From positions 1 through 56,131 of the forward strand of contig PHAD01000008.1 of NCBI GenBank assembly GCA_002841595.1: DNA of 56,131 bases. The letters are read 5' to 3'. The position numbers and the translations under genes are program-made. The notes below the pieces were generated by a model. It made no database searches. It saw nothing but the letters and a program-made list of their open reading frames with translations, and was not told the DNA's origin. Position 1 is the first letter of the stretch. Each line of letters starts with the position of its first letter. This DNA comes from Firmicutes bacterium HGW-Firmicutes-12. GTDB lineage: Bacteria; Bacillota; Peptococcia; DRI-13; PHAD01. Positions 11,555 to 22,016 of the stretch are shown here, piece by piece.

Positions 11555-12301
11555 ATGATTATTCTTAAATCCGAAAGAGAACTTCAGTATTTATATGATG
11601 CAGGTCAAGTTGTAGCACAAACCCATAAAGAGCTTGCAAAAGCCGTTAAACCAGGAATAACAACCTGGGAACTGGATCAAATTGCAGAAAAACATTTACT
11701 GAAGTGTCAAGCTAAGCCAGCATTTAAAGGTTATAATGGGTATCCGGCAACTATATGTGCTTCAATTAATGAAGAAGTTGTGCATGGCATTCCAAATCGA
11801 TTAAGGCAGGTAAAATCTGGAGATATTATTAGTATAGATGTTGGAGCAATTGTCAACGATTATGTTGGAGATGCAGCAATTACCTTGCCAGTTGGAGAGA
11901 TTGACGCTGAAGTTCAGAGATTATTGGATGTTACGCAGGAAGCCCTGAACAAAGGGATAGAAAATGCGCTAGTTGACAATAGGCTATCAGATATATCTCA
12001 TGCTGTGCAAACTTATGTAGAAGAGAATGAGTTTTCAGTTGTACGCGATTTCGTAGGGCATGGGATAGGTAGAAGTATGCATGAAGAGCCGCAAATACCA
12101 AACTTTGGACCACCGGGACGAGGACCACGATTGAAAGCAGGAATGGCCCTAGCAATTGAGCCAATGGTAAATATGGGTACCTATATAGTTGAAACATTAC
12201 TTGATAATTGGACAGTGGTTACGAAGGACAAAAAGTGGTCTGCCCATTTCGAACACACCATTGCAATCACAGAAAAGGGTCCATGGATTTTGACCAAATA
12301 A
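11555..12301 (+). CDS. map: Type I methionine aminopeptidase
   Basis: VVHGIP, DVGA..DGY.GD, HGIGR and FEHT metal-site motifs. Position after adk. Confidence 0.96.
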   Translation: MIILKSERELQYLYDAGQVVAQTHKELAKAVKPGITTWELDQIAEKHLLKCQAKPAFKGYNGYPATICASINEEVVHGIPNRLRQVKSGDIISIDVGAIVNDYVGDAAITLPVGEIDAEVQRLLDVTQEALNKGIENALVDNRLSDISHAVQTYVEENEFSVVRDFVGHGIGRSMHEEPQIPNFGPPGRGPRLKAGMALAIEPMVNMGTYIVETLLDNWTVVTKDKKWSAHFEHTIAITEKGPWILTK

Positions 12302-12408
12302 GAACCTGTTTATTCATGGATAACAATGGTAAAATAAACATGGCTAGAGGATTATACTGTGAAATTAGTAAATGATTATAAAGGTGTTGACGATAGGAGG
12401 TTAGTACC

Positions 12409-12627
12409 ATGTCCAAACAAGATGTCATAGAGGTAGAAGGTACTGTACTGGAACCCCTCCCGAATGCAATGTTCAGGGTAGAATTGGCAAATGGCCACAA
12501 GGTTCTTGCTCACGTCTCAGGAAAAATACGAATGAATTTTATCCGCATTCTGCCGGGGGATCGAGTTACAATTGAACTTTCACCATATGATTTAACCCGC
12601 GGGCGGATTACGTATCGCTTCAAGTAA
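12409..12627 (+). CDS. infA: Translation initiation factor IF-1
   Basis: [29 protein letters not shown]... 72 aa. Confidence 0.98.
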   Translation: MSKQDVIEVEGTVLEPLPNAMFRVELANGHKVLAHVSGKIRMNFIRILPGDRVTIELSPYDLTRGRITYRFK

Positions 12628-12655
12628 AACTCCCATGTGAGAAGGAGGAATTGCA

Positions 12656-12769
12656 GTGAAAGTCAGGGCATCAGTTAAGACTATCTGCGAAAAGTGTAAA
12701 ATAATCAAAAGAAAAGGCATCGTAATGGTAATTTGTCAGAATCCAAAACACAAGCAAAAGCAAGGGTGA
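12656..12769 (+). CDS. rpmJ: 50S ribosomal protein L36 (zinc-binding form). Not in the supplied ORF track.
   Basis: A GTG 6 nt after GAAGGAGG translates to [37 protein letters not shown]-stop (37 aa). Confidence 0.95.
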   Translation: MKVRASVKTICEKCKIIKRKGIVMVICQNPKHKQKQG

Positions 12770-12774
12770 ATATA

Positions 12775-12799
12775 CGGTGACCGGTGACCGGTGATCGGT
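12775..12799 (+). repeat. Tandem heptamer CGGTGAC x3.5 in the rpmJ-rpsM spacer
   Basis: cggtgac cggtgac cggtgat cggt, read directly. Two more CCGGTA copies lie at 12865 and 12882. Confidence 0.8.
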
Positions 12800-12932
12800 A
12801 AAAAAGAACCTTTATTAAGATTAATGGTACTTGATAACTAGTGTATCGTAGGGGAATAATACCACCGGTAAAATTGTGTCGCCGGTAGCTTTAAAATATT
12901 TATATCAATGAACTTATGCAGGAGGTGTGAAA

Positions 12933-13304
12933 ATGGCAAGGATTGCAGGTGTTGACTTGCCTCGTGACAAACGAGTTGAGATCGGATTAACCTACATTTT
13001 TGGAATTGGGAAGCCAAAGTCACAGGAAATATTGGCAAAAACCGAGATAAATCCCGATACAAGGATCCGTGATCTAACTGAAGAAGAGGTAGGTAAAATC
13101 CGAGAAATAATTGACAAAGAATTTAAGGTAGAAGGTGATCTCAGGCGTGAAGTATCCTTAAATATAAAACGTCTGATGGAAATTGGCTGTTATCGCGGCT
13201 TAAGACACCGCCGTGGCCTCCCTTGTCGCGGACAGAGAACCAAAACTAACGCTCGTACCCGTAAAGGACCCAGCCGTACAGTTGGTATTAGGCGTAAGAA
13301 ATAA
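12933..13304 (+). CDS. rpsM: 30S ribosomal protein S13
   Basis: [27 protein letters not shown]-terminus. ATG after AGGAGG. Confidence 0.97.
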   Translation: MARIAGVDLPRDKRVEIGLTYIFGIGKPKSQEILAKTEINPDTRIRDLTEEEVGKIREIIDKEFKVEGDLRREVSLNIKRLMEIGCYRGLRHRRGLPCRGQRTKTNARTRKGPSRTVGIRRKK

Positions 13305-13322
13305 TGAGGGGAGGTATAGACA

Positions 13323-13718
13323 ATGGCTAGAAGAACAGCAACATCCCGCGTAAAACGCCGGGAAAGAAAAAATATTGATACAGGTGTTGCGCATATCCAG
13401 TCAACCTTTAATAATACTGTTGTAACAATAACAGATACCAAAGGCAATGCTATATCATGGGCAAGCGCAGGCCAAATGGGCTTTAAAGGCTCCAGAAAAA
13501 GCACTCCATATGCTGCACAAATGGCTGCAGAACAAGCAGCAAAGGCGGCTATGGAGCATGGAATGCGAGAAGTAGAATGTTACGTAAAAGGACCTGGCTC
13601 AGGACGGGAAGCAGCTATCAGGTCGTTACAAGCAACAGGTTTGGAAGTAAGTTTAATAAAAGATGTTACTCCCATACCGCATAATGGTTGCCGTCCACCA
13701 AAACGCAGAAGAGTCTAA
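13323..13718 (+). CDS. rpsK: 30S ribosomal protein S11
   Basis: [18 protein letters not shown]... [13 protein letters not shown]. Confidence 0.97.
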   Translation: MARRTATSRVKRRERKNIDTGVAHIQSTFNNTVVTITDTKGNAISWASAGQMGFKGSRKSTPYAAQMAAEQAAKAAMEHGMREVECYVKGPGSGREAAIRSLQATGLEVSLIKDVTPIPHNGCRPPKRRRV

Positions 13719-13733
13719 GGAGGTGCTTTATAA

Positions 13734-14360
13734 ATGGCAAGGTATGTTGGCCCTGTTTGCAGGCTATGTCGCCGCGAGGGTATGAAGCTATATCTTAAAG
13801 GCGATCGCTGTTATACAGAAAAATGTGCCATTGACAGAAGGGCGTATGCGCCTGGTCAGCACGGGCAGGGTCGTAAAAAGGTATCTGAATACGGTATTCA
13901 GTTAAGAGAAAAACAGAAGACACGCCGTATATATGGAGTTCTAGAAAGACAATTTAGCAATTATTTTGATAAGGCTGAACGCCAGCCCGGGATTACAGGT
14001 GAGAACCTGTTAAGAACTCTGGAAAGACGGTTAGATAATGTCGTATATCGTCTCGGCTTTGCTAGTTCAAGATCCGAAGCCCGTCAGTTAGTTACGCATA
14101 ATCATTTTAGTCTTAATGGACATAAAGCTAACATCCCATCAATGCTTGTTGAAGTTGGAGATGTTATTTCATTGAAACAAAAGAGTGTAAAATCAGCCAA
14201 GTTTCAGGATATCAAAGAAAATATTACGCATAAATCGCCCCCTACCTGGCTGGAGCTTGATGGCGAACAGTTGACCGGTAAGGTTGTTGCATTACCTACA
14301 AGAGAACAGATTGATGTTCCCGTAGATGAGCACCTTATAGTCGAATTGTACTCCAGGTAA
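13734..14360 (+). CDS. rpsD: 30S ribosomal protein S4
   Basis: [27 protein letters not shown]-terminus and S4 RNA-binding domain. Confidence 0.97.
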   Translation: MARYVGPVCRLCRREGMKLYLKGDRCYTEKCAIDRRAYAPGQHGQGRKKVSEYGIQLREKQKTRRIYGVLERQFSNYFDKAERQPGITGENLLRTLERRLDNVVYRLGFASSRSEARQLVTHNHFSLNGHKANIPSMLVEVGDVISLKQKSVKSAKFQDIKENITHKSPPTWLELDGEQLTGKVVALPTREQIDVPVDEHLIVELYSR

Positions 14361-14414
14361 ACAATATCACTATTTACCTGGGAAAATGTTAGGAACTAGT
14401 AGGAGGGTTAGCCA

Positions 14415-15362
14415 ATGATTGAAATTGAAAAACCCAGAATCGAGTGTGTGGAGACAAAAGAAGATAACACTTATGCCAGATTTGTTGTGGAGCCTTTGGA
14501 GAAAGGTTTTGGTACTACTGTAGGGAACTCCTTGCGGAGGGTATTATTATCTTCACTCCCTGGTGCAGCTGTAACTTCACTTAAGATTGATGGTGTCTTG
14601 CATGAGTTCTCAACTGTACCTGGAGTTGGAGAAGATGTTACTGATATTATCCTAAACTTGAAGTCGTTGGCACTAAAAGTATATGGTGAAGAGCCACAGA
14701 TTATCAGGGTAGATGCAAATGGACCAGGTGTGGTCTTGGCTGGGGACATTGAAAGAAGTAGCCAGGTAGAAATATTAAACCCCGAATTACACATTGCTAC
14801 GCTGGATGATGGATCTAATCTATCTATGGAAATTACTGTTGAACGTGGTCGTGGCTATCGTCCCGCAGAGAAAAACAAAAAGGAAGACCATATTATTGGG
14901 GTTATTCCTGTTGACTCTATCTTTTCACCAGTACGAAAAGTCAATTATACCGTTACCGATACACGTGTAGGACAGATCACTGACTATGATAAGTTAACTT
15001 TAGAAATCTGGACAAACGGTTGTATTTTTCCAGAAGAAGCTATAAGTCTATCAGCAAAAGTCTTACATGATCATTTGAAGCTATTTATTGGTTTAACAGA
15101 AAAAATTGGCGACGTTGAAATTATGGTGGAAAAAGAAGAGGAAGAACGTGATAAGATTCTGGATATGAGTATCGAGGAACTCGATCTTTCGGTGCGTTCA
15201 TATAATTGTCTTAAAAGAGCTGGAATTAATTCAGTTGGTGAGCTTATAATGAAAACTGAAGATGACATGATGAAGGTTAGAAATTTGGGTAAGAAATCTT
15301 TAGAAGAAGTAGATGAAAAACTGGAAGCCTTGGGCTTAGGCCTAAGAAAAGCAGAGGAATAA
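14415..15362 (+). CDS. rpoA: DNA-directed RNA polymerase subunit alpha
   Basis: [23 protein letters not shown]-terminal domain. C-terminal domain has [17 protein letters not shown]. Confidence 0.98.
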   Translation: MIEIEKPRIECVETKEDNTYARFVVEPLEKGFGTTVGNSLRRVLLSSLPGAAVTSLKIDGVLHEFSTVPGVGEDVTDIILNLKSLALKVYGEEPQIIRVDANGPGVVLAGDIERSSQVEILNPELHIATLDDGSNLSMEITVERGRGYRPAEKNKKEDHIIGVIPVDSIFSPVRKVNYTVTDTRVGQITDYDKLTLEIWTNGCIFPEEAISLSAKVLHDHLKLFIGLTEKIGDVEIMVEKEEEERDKILDMSIEELDLSVRSYNCLKRAGINSVGELIMKTEDDMMKVRNLGKKSLEEVDEKLEALGLGLRKAEE

Positions 15363-15423
15363 AAAGATTATGCTTATGCAAATTTCTAACTATAAGCATC
15401 TATGTTGCAAAGGGGGTTAGAAC

Positions 15424-15762
15424 ATGGCCTATAGAAAACTTGGACGCAACACAGGACAACGCCGAGCAATGTTACGAAGCTGTACAACAGCACTTTTGAA
15501 AAACGGCCGTATAGAAACAACTGAACCAAAAGCTAAAGAAGTAGCAAGTATTGTTGAGAAGATGATTTCACTTGGCAAGAAGGGTGACCTAAATTCACGT
15601 CGTATTGCCGCAGCCTATCTACTTGACGATAGTGTAGTAAAAGATTTGTTTGATGCTACCAGTACAAGATATGCCGAAAGACAAGGTGGCTACACTCGCG
15701 TAATCAAAATTGGCAATCGTAGGGGCGATGCTGCACTTATGGTGGTAGTTGAACTGGTTTAG
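15424..15762 (+). CDS. rplQ: 50S ribosomal protein L17
   Basis: [20 protein letters not shown]-terminus. Confidence 0.97.
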   Translation: MAYRKLGRNTGQRRAMLRSCTTALLKNGRIETTEPKAKEVASIVEKMISLGKKGDLNSRRIAAAYLLDDSVVKDLFDATSTRYAERQGGYTRVIKIGNRRGDAALMVVVELV

Positions 15763-15791
15763 TTTGTTTTGAATAAAAGAATATTTAAAAG

Positions 15792-15851
15792 GTCAGGAAA
15801 ACCGAAATCTTAGCCCCAATTTGGTTAAGTTTGGCTTTCCTGGTTTTGTTT
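15792..15851 (+). terminator. Rho-independent terminator after rplQ
   Basis: Long imperfect hairpin (TCAGGAAAACC...GGCTTTCCTGG) followed by TTTTGTTT. Confidence 0.6.
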
Positions 15852-15942
15852 AGATTACTAGAATGTATAACAAGTTATCTTAACTTATTAAAAAAATGTT
15901 TTTTGTTTTACAATAGGGTTACATTGATAGTGTGGTGAGAAT

Positions 15943-16764
15943 ATGATTGCAGTCAAGGACCTAGTACATCAATATAGTACACCCCAACGAGTAATACAGG
16001 CCTTGAAGGGGATTGATTTAGTAATAGAAAAAGGCGATTTTGTAGCGATTATTGGACATAATGGGTCTGGAAAATCAACACTGGCTAAGCATCTAAATGC
16101 ATTATTACTTCCTTCTGGGGGAAGTGTCGAGATTAGTGGAATGGATACCAGTGAAAAGGATAATCTCTGGAGTATTAGGCAGCAAGTAGGTATGGTGTTC
16201 CAAAACCCGGATAACCAGATCATAGCAAATACAGTAGAAGAAGATGTGGCCTTTGGCCCCGAAAACCTGGGAATTGAACCCGGGAAAATACGCACTCTTG
16301 TAGATGATGCATTATCCAGCGTGGGTATGAAGACATTTACAAAACGTGCCCCCCACCTCCTATCGGGGGGGCAAAAACAAAGAGTAGCGATAGCCGGTAT
16401 TGTTGCTATGCGCCCGAATATTTTGGTGTTAGATGAACCTACTGCTATGTTAGATCCTATTGGACGTCGCGAAGTAATGGATACAGTTCTACGCCTAAAT
16501 CGTGAAGAAGGCCTAACGGTAGTACACATTACACATTTTATGGAAGAAGCTGCATATGCTAAGCGTGTAATCGTTATGGAAGAAGGTATAATAGTATTGG
16601 ATGGTACCCCACGCGATGTATTTTCGCAGGTGGAAGAGCTTCAAAAACTGCGACTTGATGTCCCTGCAATGACAGAATTAGGCGATATTCTGGCAAAAGA
16701 GGGATTGGAAATTCCAAGAGGAGTCCTTACCGTGGAAGAAATGGTGGTGGCTCTATGTCCATAA
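15943..16764 (+). CDS. ecfA1: ECF transporter ATPase component 1
   Basis: Walker A GHNGSGKST, signature LSGGQKQR, Walker B LVLDEPT. Canonical position after rplQ. Confidence 0.93.
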   Translation: MIAVKDLVHQYSTPQRVIQALKGIDLVIEKGDFVAIIGHNGSGKSTLAKHLNALLLPSGGSVEISGMDTSEKDNLWSIRQQVGMVFQNPDNQIIANTVEEDVAFGPENLGIEPGKIRTLVDDALSSVGMKTFTKRAPHLLSGGQKQRVAIAGIVAMRPNILVLDEPTAMLDPIGRREVMDTVLRLNREEGLTVVHITHFMEEAAYAKRVIVMEEGIIVLDGTPRDVFSQVEELQKLRLDVPAMTELGDILAKEGLEIPRGVLTVEEMVVALCP

Positions 16765-17621
16765 TATTAGAAGATGTTATGTTTACATATCAGCCCAATT
16801 CACCTTATGAGTATAAAGCTTTAAAACGTATAAATCTCGAGGTTAACGAAGGTGACTTTATTGGCTTGATTGGACATACTGGATCAGGGAAGTCTACATT
16901 AATTCAACAATTTAATGGGCTTCTAAAGCCGACTTCAGGAAAAATTAGCGTAGATGGAATTGATATAACGGCTAAAGGCATTAAGTTAAAAGAGATTAGA
17001 CAAAAAGTTGGGATGGTCTTTCAATATCCTGAGCATCAACTTTTCGAAGAAACAGTGTTTGAAGACATTGCGTTTGGTCCAAAGAATATGGGAATAGTCC
17101 AAGAAGGAATCACTAAAAGAGTTAAAAAAGCTATGGCGATGGTTAGTCTTGAATATGAACGCTACAAAGAACAATCGCCCTTTGTCTTAAGTGGTGGAGA
17201 AAAAAGACGGGTAGCTATTGCTGGAGTATTGGCGATGGAGCCCAAGTACCTAATTCTAGATGAACCCACTGCAGGGCTGGATCCACGAGGTCGCGACGAA
17301 ATACTTGCACAAATTGAAAGGCTGCATCGAAACGAAGGTATAACCGTAGTTTTGGTTTCACACAGTATGGATGACGTAGCCCGTCTTGCAGGTCGCCTGA
17401 TAGTAATTAATCATGGTGAGATAATCTATAACGACACTCCTCGTAAGGTTTTCATGGAGTCCCAAACACTACAAAATATTGGCTTAGATATTCCTACAGT
17501 TGGGAAGCTAATGTTAAGTCTTAAGGATAAAGGCTGGCCTGTACGTACAGATCTTCTTACTATTGAAGAAGCGAAAGAAGAGATTTTAAAAGTAGTAAGG
17601 GGGCCAGTCAAGAATGCTTAA
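16755..17621 (+). CDS. ecfA2: ECF transporter ATPase component 2
   Basis: GHTGSGKST, LSGGEKRR and LILDEPTAGLD motifs. Overlaps ecfA1 by 10 nt. Confidence 0.93.
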   Translation: MSIILEDVMFTYQPNSPYEYKALKRINLEVNEGDFIGLIGHTGSGKSTLIQQFNGLLKPTSGKISVDGIDITAKGIKLKEIRQKVGMVFQYPEHQLFEETVFEDIAFGPKNMGIVQEGITKRVKKAMAMVSLEYERYKEQSPFVLSGGEKRRVAIAGVLAMEPKYLILDEPTAGLDPRGRDEILAQIERLHRNEGITVVLVSHSMDDVARLAGRLIVINHGEIIYNDTPRKVFMESQTLQNIGLDIPTVGKLMLSLKDKGWPVRTDLLTIEEAKEEILKVVRGPVKNA

Positions 17622-18408
17622 AGATATTACAATTGGTCAATATGTACCTGGAGAATCATCCATACATAATATGGACCCACGGACCAAGATTATCTCTGTT
17701 GTTCTTTTCATGGTTGGTCTCTTTATGGCTAATTCTTTGTATGGGTATGTCTTGGTTACGCTATTTACCATTGCTATAATACTTATCTCTCAAATTCCTC
17801 CTTTAATGCTCATTAAGGGGATTAGACCACTTTGGATTATACTGGTCCTTACTTTGGGACTTCATATATTTATGACTGAAGGGCAGATAATCTGGCAGTG
17901 GGGATTTCTAAAGATCACTTATGAAGGATTAAGACAGGGCGTATTTATGGCTCTTCGGCTTGTCTATTTAGTGACTATAACATCGCTTTTAACCCTGACA
18001 ACAACGCCGATCTTATTGACTGACGGAATCGAAAGTGTACTTAAAGCACTCTTTATTCCTGTGGCACATGAATTAGCAATGATGATGACCATTGCACTCA
18101 GATTTATTCCTACACTCATTGAAGAAACAGAGAAAATAATGAAGGCTCAGATGGCTCGAGGTGCCGATTTCGAGAGCGGTGGATTAATTGCCAGGGCAAA
18201 AAGTCTAATACCCCTTCTGGTACCACTGTTCTTGAGTTCATTCAGACGTGCTGATGAACTTGCAATGGCAATGGAGGCTAGATGTTACAGAGGCGGAGAA
18301 AATCGTACTCGGATGAAACAGCTTAAAATGTATGGCAGAGACTATTTTGCTTTTATAGTTATGTTTACCTTTGTAGGGATAAGCTTTTTCTTTCGTAACG
18401 GAGTGTAG
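17614..18408 (+). CDS. ecfT: ECF transporter transmembrane (T) component
   Basis: Polytopic 264-aa protein with the ARG...F motif pair (AQMARGADF, ARCYRGG). Overlaps ecfA2 by 8 nt. Confidence 0.9.
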   Translation: MLKDITIGQYVPGESSIHNMDPRTKIISVVLFMVGLFMANSLYGYVLVTLFTIAIILISQIPPLMLIKGIRPLWIILVLTLGLHIFMTEGQIIWQWGFLKITYEGLRQGVFMALRLVYLVTITSLLTLTTTPILLTDGIESVLKALFIPVAHELAMMMTIALRFIPTLIEETEKIMKAQMARGADFESGGLIARAKSLIPLLVPLFLSSFRRADELAMAMEARCYRGGENRTRMKQLKMYGRDYFAFIVMFTFVGISFFFRNGV

Positions 18409-18412
18409 ATTA

Positions 18413-19153
18413 ATGAGAAATATTAAAATGACTTTGTCTTATGATGGAACACAATATCATGGTTTTCAGGTTCAAAAGGGAACAAGACTAAAGACGGTGC
18501 AAGGGGAACTAGAAAAGGCACTAAGGATACTTGCAGGTGAGAAAATCACTATTTATGGTTCTGGTAGAACCGATGCAGGAGTACATGCCCTTGGGCAGGT
18601 CATTAACTTCAATACTATATCACGAATACCGGAGGGCAAATTTGCATTTGCTATGAACTCAGTTTTACCCCGTGATATTGTTGTCTGGCAGGCAGAAGAC
18701 GTTTCAACCGAATTTCATGCACGGTATTCAGCTAAAAAGAAAACATACTGCTATACAGTATATAATGATAGACACTTCTCACCTTTTTGGCGTCAATACG
18801 CTTTCCATATACCAATAGAACTTGATTTTGAGAGCTTATCACAAGGAGCAAAAAGATTTCACGGTGAACATGATTTCTCCACGTTTTGTTCGAATAATAC
18901 ATCTATAAAGGGCTATGTCAGAACAATTTACGATTTTAGTGTCGAAAAAGAGGGTCCTCTACTAAAGTTCACCGTTACAGGTAGCGGATTTCTTTTCAAC
19001 ATGGTTAGAATAATGACAGGGACTTTGTTAGAAATAGGGGAGAAAAAAAAGGCCCCAGAAGATATAGTTGCAATTCTTGCAGCCAAAGATAGAAGGGCTG
19101 CCGGTATGACACTACCACCACAGGGCTTGTGTCTTCATTCAGTTGAGTACTAG
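18413..19153 (+). CDS. truA: tRNA pseudouridine(38-40) synthase
   Basis: YDGTQYHGFQVQ... GSGRTDAGVHALGQV catalytic Asp motif. Confidence 0.95.
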   Translation: MRNIKMTLSYDGTQYHGFQVQKGTRLKTVQGELEKALRILAGEKITIYGSGRTDAGVHALGQVINFNTISRIPEGKFAFAMNSVLPRDIVVWQAEDVSTEFHARYSAKKKTYCYTVYNDRHFSPFWRQYAFHIPIELDFESLSQGAKRFHGEHDFSTFCSNNTSIKGYVRTIYDFSVEKEGPLLKFTVTGSGFLFNMVRIMTGTLLEIGEKKKAPEDIVAILAAKDRRAAGMTLPPQGLCLHSVEY

Positions 19154-19191
19154 GTGGGGACTTAGCATAACATATGTTATAAGCTTAACTC

Positions 19192-19220
19192 TTGACACGG
19201 CAGGCCCTGTGTATTAAAAT
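19192..19220 (+). promoter_or_regulatory. Candidate sigma-A promoter for rplM-rpsI, followed by a ~100-nt structured leader
   Basis: TTGACA (19192-19197), 17 nt, TAAAAT (19215-19220). The leader contains the hairpin ATGGTTCC...GGGACCAT. Confidence 0.5.
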
Positions 19221-19322
19221 GACTTTATGGGTTTTTATCAGTGTGTTTATGGTTCCACTAGCCCCGGGACCATGAGATATACTATATAAAAGAGAAAGTT
19301 TACATTTAGGAGGGAACAGAGA

Positions 19323-19757
19323 GTGCGTACCTTCATGGCGAAAGCTCAGGATATACAGCGCAATTGGTACATTATAGATGCTGCTGGAAAAACGTTAGGA
19401 CGCCTAGCATCAGAAGCGGCGATGATCCTGCGTGGAAAACATAAACCGATATTTACTCCGCATGTGGATACTGGTGATTTCGTAATAGTTATTAATTCCG
19501 AGAAAGTTCATTTAACTGGCAAGAAATTATCGCAAAAAGAATACATCAGGCACAGCGGATATCCAGGAGGAATTAGGAGAACAAATTATGGGACGCTCCT
19601 GAAGACCAAGCCTGAACTTATCATAGAAAAGGCTATCAAGGGCATGCTTCCACACAATCGCTTGGGAGATGACATGTACAGAAAACTCAAGGTCTATAGG
19701 GGACCACAGCATCCCCACCAAGCTCAAAAACCCGAAGTATGGGAATTAAAGGGTTAA
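19323..19757 (+). CDS. rplM: 50S ribosomal protein L13
   Basis: GTG start after [36 protein letters not shown]. Confidence 0.96.
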   Translation: MRTFMAKAQDIQRNWYIIDAAGKTLGRLASEAAMILRGKHKPIFTPHVDTGDFVIVINSEKVHLTGKKLSQKEYIRHSGYPGGIRRTNYGTLLKTKPELIIEKAIKGMLPHNRLGDDMYRKLKVYRGPQHPHQAQKPEVWELKG

Positions 19758-19776
19758 GGAGAAGGGAGGTAAAATA

Positions 19777-20169
19777 ATGGAAAAAGTACAATATGCAGGA
19801 ACCGGTCGTCGAAAAACCTCCGTCGCTAGGGTGCGTCTTTTACCAGGTGAAGGAAGGGTTATTATAAATAATAGAGCATTAGCTGAATATTTTGGTAAGA
19901 AAACATTGGAGATGATCGCGAAACAGCCTCTCGTATTAACCAATACTGAGGGTAGGTTTGATGTATTTGCTAAAGTCGAAGGCGGGGGAATAACCGGCCA
20001 GGCTGGAGCGGTACGTTTAGGAATTGCTCGTGCACTTCTGAAGGCAGATGCAGAAATGCGTCCTACTTTGAAGAGAGCAGGCTTTCTAACACGCGACCCA
20101 CGCATGAAGGAACGTAAGAAATATGGCTTAAAAGGTGCGCGTCGTGCTCCGCAGTTCTCCAAACGTTAA
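19777..20169 (+). CDS. rpsI: 30S ribosomal protein S9
   Basis: [14 protein letters not shown]... C-terminal [14 protein letters not shown]. Confidence 0.97.
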   Translation: MEKVQYAGTGRRKTSVARVRLLPGEGRVIINNRALAEYFGKKTLEMIAKQPLVLTNTEGRFDVFAKVEGGGITGQAGAVRLGIARALLKADAEMRPTLKRAGFLTRDPRMKERKKYGLKGARRAPQFSKR

Positions 20170-20224
20170 AATATTGCTGCTTATTTAGTTGTGATGCAGC
20201 CAATTTAATAGGATTTTTAAATAT

Positions 20225-20257
20225 AACCGTCAAGGGAAAGACTCTTGGCGGTTTTTA
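20225..20257 (+). terminator. Rho-independent terminator after rpsI
   Basis: AACCGTCAAGGG / ACTCTTGGCGGTT stem followed by TTTTT. A second hairpin lies at 20173-20204. Confidence 0.65.
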
Positions 20258-20352
20258 TTGTTATGCATAAAAATATTATAATTAAATTCTATAATTGACT
20301 GCATATTATCGTTGTGGTAACGTTAAATCAAAAAGGAAGGGGCTTTAAAACA

Positions 20353-21021
20353 ATGAAGGATATTAAAGCAGTAGTGTTTGATGCTTATGGGACCCTTTTA
20401 GATGTACATAGTGTCATTGAAAAATTAGATACTGTTTTTCCTGAAAAGGGAACGCAAATAAGCCAGATTTGGAGAACAAAACAATTAGAATATACTTGGT
20501 TAATGTCATTAATGGGCCGTTATGATAACTTTTTTAATACTACAAGAAGAGCATTGATTTATGCATTAAAAGCCTTAAAACTAGATTTTAATGCTGATTT
20601 ATGCGAGACAATCCTTAATGAATACTATGTTTTGAAACCTTTTTCTGAAGTGCCGGCTGCATTAGAGAATATGCAAGATAAGAAGATAGCAATACTGTCT
20701 AATGGAAACTTGGAAATGCTGAATACCGTTGTAAAAAATGCAAAACTAGATAAGTTAATACCAAATATCTTAAGCGTTGACGAATTGAAAATATTTAAGC
20801 CGTTTTTAGGAGTATACCAATTAGCACCGGCTAAGTTAGGTATTCCAAGGGAACAAACGTTATTTGTTTCGTCGAATTCTTTTGATGTAGTGGGTGGAAA
20901 GGTGTTTGGTTTTAAAGTAGCCTGGGCTAATCGCGCTGGTAATCAACTTGACGAATTAGACGTTAAACCTGACATTGAAGTAAAAGACTTAAAACAATTA
21001 GCTGACTTAATAAAAAGCTAG
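20353..21021 (+). CDS. HAD-superfamily hydrolase, type II (L-2-)haloacid dehalogenase-like
   Basis: VVFDAYGTLLDV nucleophile motif, SNG, K...P and SSNSFDV motifs. ATG at 20353 after AAAGGAAGGGG. Confidence 0.75.
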   Translation: MKDIKAVVFDAYGTLLDVHSVIEKLDTVFPEKGTQISQIWRTKQLEYTWLMSLMGRYDNFFNTTRRALIYALKALKLDFNADLCETILNEYYVLKPFSEVPAALENMQDKKIAILSNGNLEMLNTVVKNAKLDKLIPNILSVDELKIFKPFLGVYQLAPAKLGIPREQTLFVSSNSFDVVGGKVFGFKVAWANRAGNQLDELDVKPDIEVKDLKQLADLIKS

Positions 21022-21050
21022 AATTTAAACTAAATATACCTTATGGAATT

Positions 21051-21092
21051 AAAAGGAGTTGTCTCTGATTAGTAATAGAGGCAACTCCTTTT
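21051..21092 (+). terminator. Rho-independent terminator
   Basis: 15-bp stem AAAAGGAGTTGTCTC / GAGGCAACTCCTTTT. Confidence 0.7.
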
Positions 21093-21190
21093 AATATATA
21101 AACCTGACATTTTCTTTATAGAGATTATTGTCATACTTATTAATCCTTGTTAATATCTTTTTTTAGAACCCGAATAAAGGGGAGAAGCAA

Positions 21191-21949
21191 ATGAAGAGGA
21201 TGTTTAATAAGAAAATAAGTATTTGGCTCGGATTTGTTTTATTTGTGGTATTAACTATTGGGTTTTATGAACAAATGATACAACAACAGAGTTCAGAAGC
21301 AATTGAGGCTATGTCTTGGGTCGTGTCGGGTCGAACCATTATAGTTGACCCAGGACATGGTGGCGAAGATCCAGGAAAAATAGGTCCTTCGGGTGTTTAT
21401 GAAAAAGATATAAATCTAGCTGTGGCAAAAAAACTACATACGCTTTTAAGCGATGGTGGTGCTGAAGTCATATTGACCAGGGATGAGGATAAAGCATTAA
21501 GTAATGGAGAAAACACTATACGGCAAAGAAAACATGCGGACCTTCAAAGTAGGGTGGATTTAGCTCGCAGTAATAACGCTGATTTGTATATCGCTTTGCA
21601 TTGCAATTCATTCCCGCAAAGCAGATGGAAAGGATCACAAACCTTTTATGCATCTAATATCCAAGGTAGCAAAGAACTAGCTGAATATATACAAGAGGAA
21701 TTGGTATCATATCTAGGCAATACCTCGCGAAAACCAAAAATCGACACAAGTTCATTAATATTTAAAGGATCAATTATACCCATAGTTAATATCGAGATGG
21801 GCTTTTTATCAAATCCTCAAGAGGAAAAACTTTTGCAAGAATCTGCCTATCAAGATAGAATTGTCTGGTCGATATATTCAGGGGTTGTTCGATACTTGTC
21901 TGAATACGGAGATAGCTACAAACCGACAATCAAGTATATGAATAAGTAG
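21191..21949 (+). CDS. cwlD: N-acetylmuramoyl-L-alanine amidase, CwlD-type (spore cortex)
   Basis: Signal anchor, IIVDPGHGGEDPG, DLYIALHCNS and VNIEMGFLSNPQEE amidase_3 motifs. Position downstream of rplM-rpsI as in Bacillus. Confidence 0.8.
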   Translation: MKRMFNKKISIWLGFVLFVVLTIGFYEQMIQQQSSEAIEAMSWVVSGRTIIVDPGHGGEDPGKIGPSGVYEKDINLAVAKKLHTLLSDGGAEVILTRDEDKALSNGENTIRQRKHADLQSRVDLARSNNADLYIALHCNSFPQSRWKGSQTFYASNIQGSKELAEYIQEELVSYLGNTSRKPKIDTSSLIFKGSIIPIVNIEMGFLSNPQEEKLLQESAYQDRIVWSIYSGVVRYLSEYGDSYKPTIKYMNK

Positions 21950-22016
21950 TAACTATGAGTTGTTTCCAATATGATAGAATAGGTATTATACTAAAAATAG
22001 TAGAGGGAAGTATAAA

